Shown here piece by piece: positions 13,326-19,449 of a DNA stretch of 19,449 bases (positions are counted from its first letter, which is position 1; every line of letters starts with the position of its first letter). The notes below the pieces were generated by a model that ran no database searches, was not told the origin of the DNA, and worked only from the letters and a program-made list of their open reading frames with translations. The stretch is from a virus (taxonomy: Duplodnaviria > Heunggongvirae > Uroviricota > Caudoviricetes), in IMG/VR virus record IMGVR_UViG_3300009551_000045, positions 1-19,449 of that record. The stretch is one strand, 5' to 3'. Both the position numbers and the translations under genes were made by a program.

Positions 13326-16300
13326 ATATAAAGAATTTGAAAATATGAATCCTGACTGAAGGTTGTATTATTTATATCAATTCTACCTTGAGAAGAGGTA
13401 AAACTGAACCAGGAAGCTAATGATCTTGAAATAGGAGCCATTATAAATCCTTCTTGACTAAACTGTAAAATACTAGAACTAACTAATAAAGAACTACTGA
13501 AAATTGTTGATCCAGAGGAAGGAGTAAATGATTGACCATCACCTATAACAAAATTTATAACTTTAGTAAAATTTCCAGCACTACCAGTATTAACCCATTG
13601 GAATCCTGATTGCGTCTTTATCAATGTTTGATTCAACGATCCTGTAGAACCAATTGAATCATATATCGATTTGCTAATATAAATATCTCCAAATACTTGT
13701 AAAACGGCATTATTGGATCCTGTATTTCTTCCTATTAATATAGAACTACCTGATTGATATATACTACTTGTTGTTAATATATTTGATCCACTAAATACTG
13801 CTAAATAATTAGATAAACCCCGTAATGAAGATGATGGTAAATAATTACTTTCACTTGCAAATACATTATTTATTATGGTATTAAAAGATGAAGAATCAAC
13901 TATATAAGATGCTGTAAATGAATTGAAAGTTCCTGTAATAACATATGATCCGGTAAGAGTTGATAAAGATCCAGAAATGGTCTTGATTCTTGTGTCAAAT
14001 GAACCGGAATCTATGATATAAGAAGATGTAAATGTATTAAATGATTGTGTTAATAAATTAAATGAAGAAGTTAATGTATATTTACTTTCTGAAGCAAATA
14101 TATTAGCAATCTGAATATTCGTGGATGAAGTATATGCCTGGAATATACCATTTGTAACAAATCCATTTGAGCCAGTAGATGATCCTGATAGATCAGACCA
14201 TTTTATTCCTCCTATTATCGAAGAAATTACTTGCCCATTTGATCCAGTATTACCAAATGAATCATATAAATATTGTCCTACATGAAGAGAACTGGTATTT
14301 AGGTAAAGATCTTTATTAAATTCAATTGATTCGGAATAATAAGTAGCTACATCATTTCTACTCATTGAACTAAATCCATTTCCTATTATAAATAATGAAT
14401 TAGCATTTATCTTATTAAACCTACCTATCACTAATTGATATGAACCTGTTGAAATAGTACCAAGACCTTCAGTATGTGATCCAAACCCATAGGATATACT
14501 TCCGGAACCTTCAGCATGAGAATAATCACCATAAGCAGTATTTCCTGTTCCTTCAGAATGTGCTCCTACCCCATTAATAGCATTATTAGAACCCTCAGCA
14601 TGACCTATATATGAATTTACAGTATTGTTAAAACCGTGGGCAAAGGATCCTGATCCATATAAAATATTATTAAATCCAAAAGCTACCGTATTAGTAACAG
14701 ACGGAGTAAAGTTAGTTGGTTGTATAATTGCACCAGATATAGATATAATAGAATTACCTAGTTGATTTATTAGACTCGATGTTAAACTATGAGGAGTATT
14801 AAACAATGCTATTTGTCCTGAACTACCGCTTATGAAATTATTAAATGAAGATGTAAGTAAATAATTACTCTCAGAAGCATATACATTATTTATTTTAACA
14901 TCTGTAGAGGATGAATAAGTAAGAAAACTAGAGCTAAATATATTAAATGATGCGGTTGATAAATAATTAGATTCAGAAGCAAATATGTTATTTATTCTAT
15001 TACTGAATGATGAAGAATCTATATTATAAACAGATTGAGACACAACCTGCATATTAACAATATTACCATTATTGTCAACACCAAGAACGGCACTAGAAGT
15101 ATTGGCATAAAAAGATAATACTATGCTGCCCGTTTTATTAACAACAAAAGCGTTAGATAATGATCCTGTTGAACTTCCATTACCTATTATAAAAATAGGA
15201 TCACCTCCAATCCATGAAGATTGATTAGACGAAGCAATTGGATCATTAAATCTACCCAATACAACGGCATATGCTGCAGATGCTGATAAATTTATACCAC
15301 CTAAAGTAACAGATCCGACTCCTGGAGTGATATTACTTTGACCTCCTACGACTACTGAAGAATTACCAATCGCGCTATTATTAGCACCATCAATAACAAC
15401 CGCCATATTGTTGGCAAAGTTATTAACACCACCCAATACTATAGCATTTGATCCTGTCGTGCTATTATTTGAATTACCAAAAACGATATTATTATTAGTA
15501 AAAAATGCCCCAACTTGAACATTATTTCTTTTAAATATAAGATCCTGAGCATTTGTAGAGCCTAGAAACGATCCAGAAGAAATTGAGTTTCCTGAAAGAT
15601 TCCATCCGCCAGATCCAGTAGAAATCCAAAGTATTCCACCTGGAGCAAAACCTAACATTTGTCCTGCAGATCCAGTTGAATTTGAAGAATCATATATAGA
15701 TCCAGATATATATATAGAACCAAATAATTGTAATAAACTATTATTTATTGATCCTGTTCTTCCTAATATTATAAAACTACCAGATTGATATATGGAACTC
15801 TGTGTTATCGCAGAAGATCCGGTGAATACAGCTAAGTAATTATTATTGCCTATTATAGATGCAGTTTGAAGATAATTGCTTTCGGAAGCAAATACATTTA
15901 TAATTCTAGTTAAAAATGAACTAGAGTCATTTAGGTAAGACGAACTAAAATTTGAAAATGAAGAAGTGAGCAGATAATTCGACTCAGAAGCGTATACATT
16001 GCTTAGACTGTTATTTATCGAAGCTGAGATGTTGAGATAACTAGCAGTAAAAGGATTATAAGATGATGTTGGAACATAATTACTTTCGCTTGCAAATACA
16101 TTTGCGATGTTTATTAATATTGAAGCAGAATCTATAAAATACGATGATGTAAATGTGTTGAAAGAACCAGTTAAAACATATCCAGCAATAAATGACGACG
16201 TAAGAGCAGCTATATCGGTAATATCCAAAGCTCTAAAAATAGGGATTCCAGATGTTCCTACTGGAGAAGCATATACAAGATTTGCACTTTGAGTATTTAA

Positions 16301-17392
16301 AGATGCAGATAAAACTCCTGCACCAACTATTGGTGAATTATAAACACTGAATAATGAAGAAGGTAATGATAATCCAACGGAAGTTACAGAACCACTAGCA
16401 AATATTCCACTTCCACTTCCTAAAGAAATCCATCCAACACCATTATGAAATTCAATATTAGTAGTTTCGGTATTTCCTCTAATCATAGCAAAAGAACCTG
16501 TTGGTCTTTGAGCAGTAGTACCACGAGGTAATAACAAATATGAAGTATCGTTTACAGATACAGGTCCAGCTACCTGCAATAGGGCATTATTAAGACCATT
16601 CACTTGATTGATCAAAAGTGAAGATCCAGAATAATAAAGTAAACCAAAAGTAAATCCTTTTGATCCACTATATATAGGTATATAATTATTACTTCCTAAT
16701 ATAGAACCTGTAGGTAAGTAATTACTTTCAGAAGAATAAACATTATTTATTCTAGTATCTATTGAAGATGAATCATTTTTTATTGAACTGCTTAAAATAT
16801 TAAAAGATGATGTTGGAACATAATTACTTTCTGAAGAATAAACGTTATTAATTTTATTTAAAAAGGAAGAAGAATCTACAAAATAAGAAGCAGTAAAAGG
16901 ATTATAAGATGATGTTGGAACATAATTACTTTCTGATGCATTAATATTTACCAACTTCTGATTAATAGAAGATGAATCTATTACGTAGGATGCACTAAAT
17001 ACACCGAATGTTGTAGTAGTTATATATGATCCAGATGGTATAGATCCAGAAATGGCTTTGATTCTGATATCGAATGAACCAGAATCTACAAAATAAGAAG
17101 CAGTAAAAGGATTATAAGATGATGTTGTAGTATATCCACTTTGAGATGAATATATGTTCTTATCATTATTATAAAATGAACTAGAATCGTTATTATAACT
17201 TGATGAAAAATTATTAAAAGATCCTGTAGTTACATAAGATCCTGTTAATAAAGATGATATTCCATTTTGGAAATAATCTTTCATTGCACGATAACTTGTC
17301 TCTGTTAATGCACCTGTATTTGGATCTCCTATAAATCCTATAGAAGAATCATTTATTGAGCCAGATGGAAGATTTATTATTTTTTTTGACAT
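13322..17392 (-). CDS. Long tail fibre / adhesin-like protein with Ser-rich 34-aa repeats and two YadA-head-like repeat blocks
   Basis: 1356 aa, no signal peptide, no Cys found. Ten (A/S)SES(N/K)Y repeat cores; YadA/Hep_Hag-like blocks NAIVLGG...AVVLGRFN and GHAEG/AHSEG/SHAEG/SHTEG; phage fibre module SVTSVGLSLP...SGIPIFRAL. Confidence 0.8.
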   Translation of the reverse strand: MSKKIINLPSGSINDSSIGFIGDPNTGALTETSYRAMKDYFQNGISSLLTGSYVTTGSFNNFSSSYNNDSSSFYNNDKNIYSSQSGYTTTSSYNPFTASYFVDSGSFDIRIKAISGSIPSGSYITTTTFGVFSASYVIDSSSINQKLVNINASESNYVPTSSYNPFTASYFVDSSSFLNKINNVYSSESNYVPTSSFNILSSSIKNDSSSIDTRINNVYSSESNYLPTGSILGSNNYIPIYSGSKGFTFGLLYYSGSSLLINQVNGLNNALLQVAGPVSVNDTSYLLLPRGTTAQRPTGSFAMIRGNTETTNIEFHNGVGWISLGSGSGIFASGSVTSVGLSLPSSLFSVYNSPIVGAGVLSASLNTQSANLVYASPVGTSGIPIFRALDITDIAALTSSFIAGYVLTGSFNTFTSSYFIDSASILINIANVFASESNYVPTSSYNPFTASYLNISASINNSLSNVYASESNYLLTSSFSNFSSSYLNDSSSFLTRIINVFASESNYLQTASIIGNNNYLAVFTGSSAITQSSIYQSGSFIILGRTGSINNSLLQLFGSIYISGSIYDSSNSTGSAGQMLGFAPGGILWISTGSGGWNLSGNSISSGSFLGSTNAQDLIFKRNNVQVGAFFTNNNIVFGNSNNSTTGSNAIVLGGVNNFANNMAVVIDGANNSAIGNSSVVVGGQSNITPGVGSVTLGGINLSASAAYAVVLGRFNDPIASSNQSSWIGGDPIFIIGNGSSTGSLSNAFVVNKTGSIVLSFYANTSSAVLGVDNNGNIVNMQVVSQSVYNIDSSSFSNRINNIFASESNYLSTASFNIFSSSFLTYSSSTDVKINNVYASESNYLLTSSFNNFISGSSGQIALFNTPHSLTSSLINQLGNSIISISGAIIQPTNFTPSVTNTVAFGFNNILYGSGSFAHGFNNTVNSYIGHAEGSNNAINGVGAHSEGTGNTAYGDYSHAEGSGSISYGFGSHTEGLGTISTGSYQLVIGRFNKINANSLFIIGNGFSSMSRNDVATYYSESIEFNKDLYLNTSSLHVGQYLYDSFGNTGSNGQVISSIIGGIKWSDLSGSSTGSNGFVTNGIFQAYTSSTNIQIANIFASESKYTLTSSFNLLTQSFNTFTSSYIIDSGSFDTRIKTISGSLSTLTGSYVITGTFNSFTASYIVDSSSFNTIINNVFASESNYLPSSSLRGLSNYLAVFSGSNILTTSSIYQSGSSILIGRNTGSNNAVLQVFGDIYISKSIYDSIGSTGSLNQTLIKTQSGFQWVNTGSAGNFTKVINFVIGDGQSFTPSSGSTIFSSSLLVSSSILQFSQEGFIMAPISRSLASWFSFTSSQGRIDINNTTFSQDSYFQILYI
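13830..17130 (-). repeat. Intragenic 102-bp (34-codon) repeat family, including exact DNA duplications
   Basis: taattacttt recurs at 16719, 16821 and 16923 (period 102). Exact 47-bp duplicate at 16871-16917 = 17081-17127; exact 45-bp duplicate at 16043-16087 = 16889-16933. Confidence 0.9.
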
Positions 17393-17393
17393 C

Positions 17394-17552
17394 TTATGTA
17401 ATTATAGTTTTAAAAGTATCAGCTTCTAGCCTATTTCCTGCCTGATTTGGGTGTAGACTATCAAGAAATAATGAATTTGGATCTCCTATTAAACCTAAAG
17501 ATGAATCTAAAATAGATCCTGAGTCTAATTGATTTATTCTTTTATCTGCCAT
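17394..17552 (-). pseudogene. 52-aa chimeric mini-ORF (fibre N-terminal module fused to an SGNH-hydrolase C-terminus); probable internal-deletion remnant
   Basis: Hand translation: MADKRINQLDSGSILDSSLGLIGDPNSLFLDSLHPNQAGNRLEADTFKTIIT*. The first 27 aa match the start of the 1356-aa protein at 18 positions; the remainder carries DxxH(PN)xxG of SGNH block V. An A-rich initiation region lies upstream and TAA-G-ATG couples it to the next gene. Confidence 0.75.
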
Positions 17553-17573
17553 TTTTTTATTTTCAATTTTTTT

Positions 17574-18257
17574 CTATAATGTTAATAGAGATTGTTTTAC
17601 TAATTGAGCTACTATCTCATATCCTTGATCAGAATAATGAACATTATCAGAAGCATAATAAGTTGGATTGTAATTTTGGAATCTGTCGTCTGCTGCTATA
17701 TCACATAGAGCATCAGCATAAGTCATATATCCACTACGCAATAACGTATTTGCTTGCCCCAATTTCGTATTATACTGAGGAATAGTATCTCCAAAAGATG
17801 TGCTTTGGCTTCTAGGAGTTAAAGTAACTGCAACTACTTTAAAACCTGTAGATTTTCTCGCACTACAATAACTAGCATATCGTGAAATAGAACCTGTTAC
17901 ATCTCCATTAATTCCTATATCGTTTCCTATCTCCCATGCTACAACAACTGATCTAACATTGCTATTATATAACGGATCAACTTGTGTTATGGCATCATCT
18001 ATCATCTGTTGTGTAGTTTGTCCACCAACACCCAGATTATAAATAGTACTATTATCATTAACAAATGGATCTAAATTTTTTAAAAAAGTCGGGTAACTAG
18101 AAGTTGGTGGAGAGGAAGACCCAACACCATAAGTCAAAGAATTTCCATCACATACGATAACAGATCCAATATAATTATCAGGAATAGAAACTTGTGAAGA
18201 TATTCCAGTCTTATGTTTACTTATCATTAGATTTATTATAGGAATTATATTATTCAT
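17574..18257 (-). CDS. SGNH/GDSL-family hydrolase (probable carbohydrate O-acetyl esterase)
   Basis: All four SGNH blocks are present: DGNSLT (Ser), NLGVGGQTT (Gly), WEIGND (Asn), SDNVHYSDQG (DxxH). Confidence 0.92.
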   Translation of the reverse strand: MNNIIPIINLMISKHKTGISSQVSIPDNYIGSVIVCDGNSLTYGVGSSSPPTSSYPTFLKNLDPFVNDNSTIYNLGVGGQTTQQMIDDAITQVDPLYNSNVRSVVVAWEIGNDIGINGDVTGSISRYASYCSARKSTGFKVVAVTLTPRSQSTSFGDTIPQYNTKLGQANTLLRSGYMTYADALCDIAADDRFQNYNPTYYASDNVHYSDQGYEIVAQLVKQSLLTL

Positions 18258-19449
18258 TATACTACATTTCTACCTAAAGTTGTTTGAAAATTCTTTGTTG
18301 CATTGCCTAATGCAATAGCTTCCGTATCAGTTAAACCACTACCAACTGAAACAAATGCTAAATTAGAACTTGCTGCAGTGACAGACCCTGAATTATCAAA
18401 TCCTAAAACATATATAGGAAATGGAGGCAATGAACCACTAGTTGTGGATGAAGATGATACGATTAAATTAGAATTATAATATCCTTTCATCGTGTTTGAA
18501 TTTGTACGAGAAATAATTAATGAACCTGTACCATTTGCAGGAGTTGACACTTGACTATTGGATGAATACATCCTTCCTAACATTCCACCTATATTACAAA
18601 GTATAAGTTCATCTGTTCCATTCTGACTACCCATAGCTCTATTAGTTCCTACTACGGTTCTTTCATAATAAGACAAATGAGTGCTATTATATATTAAACT
18701 AGCACTAGGGTTTATATTTGTATTACCAAACGCATTAGATGCATTTCCAGTTATACCATTACTATTATGGGTAACAGATCCTGTCCAGCTAATTCTAAAG
18801 GCTGCATCTAAATCACGAGGATCTTTTAAATTAAATTTATGAGCAAATGCATTACCTCCAATAAAAGGATATACAGCAGTCATCTTAGTCCATATACCAG
18901 CATTTTTAAGATCAAGTACTAATTGATTTATAGCAGTCTTTTGCGTATTATCACCAATATTAGCCGCATTTATAAATGTAAATGCATCTGAATCGAAATT
19001 ACCACTACCAGTTAATACAGTACCAAAATTACTATACGACCAAAAAAATGTAGATCCATCATAATAAAATCCAAGTAGATCAACACTATTTGGATTCTGA
19101 CTTAAAGACGCACTTGTTTGAATACTTCCTGGTAAAGATAGTGCTCTGCTCCCTGTGGAATCCTGCGTGACTTTAATTATACCAAATGAATTAATAGACG
19201 CACTAATTAAATTCAATGAAGCATTTCCAATTAATGTAACATTCGCTACACTTCCAGACAAATAATTCCATACTATTGATGATGAATAAACTAAATTTAC
19301 TGATCCATTTGAGGCATTACTAGCTGAGAGACTATTAAATGATGAAGATATGGAATTCAATGACGCACTCACCGTAGTAAAAGAACTTGAATTAGATACA
19401 TACGATGAACTGAATGCATTGAAAGACGATGTAAGCAAGTAATTACTCT
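18257..19449 (-). CDS. 3' part of a long fibre/receptor-binding gene (truncated by the window edge), ending in a fibre domain and a lectin/ConA-like beta-sandwich
   Basis: The track's start at 19438 is a TTG inside an open frame continuing to the edge as (E)SNYLLTSSF, i.e. the same 34-aa repeat. It contains IKVTQDSTGSRALSLP...DLLGFYYDG and DSDAFTFINAANI...AINQLVLDLKNAGIWTKMTAVYPFIGG, motifs of phage receptor-binding modules. TAATG overlap with the SGNH gene. Confidence 0.75.
   Translation of the reverse strand, partial: SNYLLTSSFNAFSSSYVSNSSSFTTVSASLNSISSSFNSLSASNASNGSVNLVYSSSIVWNYLSGSVANVTLIGNASLNLISASINSFGIIKVTQDSTGSRALSLPGSIQTSASLSQNPNSVDLLGFYYDGSTFFWSYSNFGTVLTGSGNFDSDAFTFINAANIGDNTQKTAINQLVLDLKNAGIWTKMTAVYPFIGGNAFAHKFNLKDPRDLDAAFRISWTGSVTHNSNGITGNASNAFGNTNINPSASLIYNSTHLSYYERTVVGTNRAMGSQNGTDELILCNIGGMLGRMYSSNSQVSTPANGTGSLIISRTNSNTMKGYYNSNLIVSSSSTTSGSLPPFPIYVLGFDNSGSVTAASSNLAFVSVGSGLTDTEAIALGNATKNFQTTLGRNVV

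Larger units (their letters stand above)
1..19449 (-). mobile_element. Segment of a large myovirus-type bacteriophage genome (tail and receptor-binding module); whether free phage or prophage cannot be decided here
   Basis: Sheath, T4 gp19-like tube, gp26-like hub protein, fibre/spike genes and a holin-like gene are all co-oriented with short gaps or overlapping stop/start codons. No bacterial housekeeping gene, integrase or att site is visible. Confidence 0.93.

Noticed and set aside
15706-15716. Short (TA)n run as a phase-variable tract
   Set aside because: Only about five units, encoding ordinary SIYIS codons in an AT-rich gene; no frame disruption.
16719-17127. Regularly spaced direct repeats resembling a CRISPR array
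   Set aside because: They lie within an open frame, have a 102-nt (codon-multiple) period, the intervening sequences are themselves homologous, and no cas genes or leader are present.
17550-17576. The SGNH TAG stop is in frame with the 52-aa mini-ORF 7 codons later, suggesting read-through or TAG recoding
   Set aside because: No long gene in the window is interrupted by TAG, so the standard code fits. The spacer looks like an ordinary A-rich initiation region, and an in-frame arrangement has a 1-in-3 chance.
1241-17785. All plus-strand ORFs in the track (1241-1474, 1371-1571, 1596-1790, 1889-2092, 4178-4405, 4948-5133, 6459-6725, 8659-8862, 16107-16292, 17579-17785)
   Set aside because: Short (61-88 aa), antisense to well-supported minus-strand genes, with no recognisable motifs; typical shadow ORFs.
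19436-19438. Track start codon of the 393-aa ORF
   Set aside because: It is a TTG (Leu) within an ESNYLLTSSF repeat; the frame stays open to the window edge, so the true start is upstream.
9690-19449. Diversity-generating retroelement target or invertase-shuffled fibre tips
   Set aside because: No reverse transcriptase, recombinase, adenine-specific TR/VR pair or inverted crossover sites were seen; the repeats found are direct and coding.

Overview
An AT-rich segment of a large contractile-tailed (myovirus-type) phage genome, probably infecting a Bacteroidota host. Every credible gene is on the minus strand. In transcription order (right to left): a window-truncated fibre/lectin-like gene, an SGNH esterase, a 52-codon chimeric mini-ORF missed by the ORF track, a 1356-aa Ser-rich repeat fibre, then four consecutive genes with Sec signal peptides all cleaved before Gln (a 1211-aa tailspike-like protein, an Ig-like repeat protein, a small unknown protein, and an alpha/beta-hydrolase-PKD-beta-helix protein). 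These are followed by a holin-like protein, a coiled-coil protein, tail sheath, tail tube, an acidic protein, a T4 gp26-like hub/assembly chaperone with an apparent programmed +1/-2 frameshift extension, and the start of a probable tape-measure gene. A recurrent GATATTTAT(A/T) motif precedes several genes, twice directly after a terminator-like hairpin. Highlights: (i) the exported cassette, rich in Bacteroidota O-glycosylation sequons, lacking a recognisable T9SS C-terminal domain and translationally coupled to a tail-fibre gene; (ii) the TTT TTT CGA frameshift; (iii) the fibre-N-terminus/SGNH-C-terminus deletion relic. All family assignments come from motif recognition by eye; no database searches were run.
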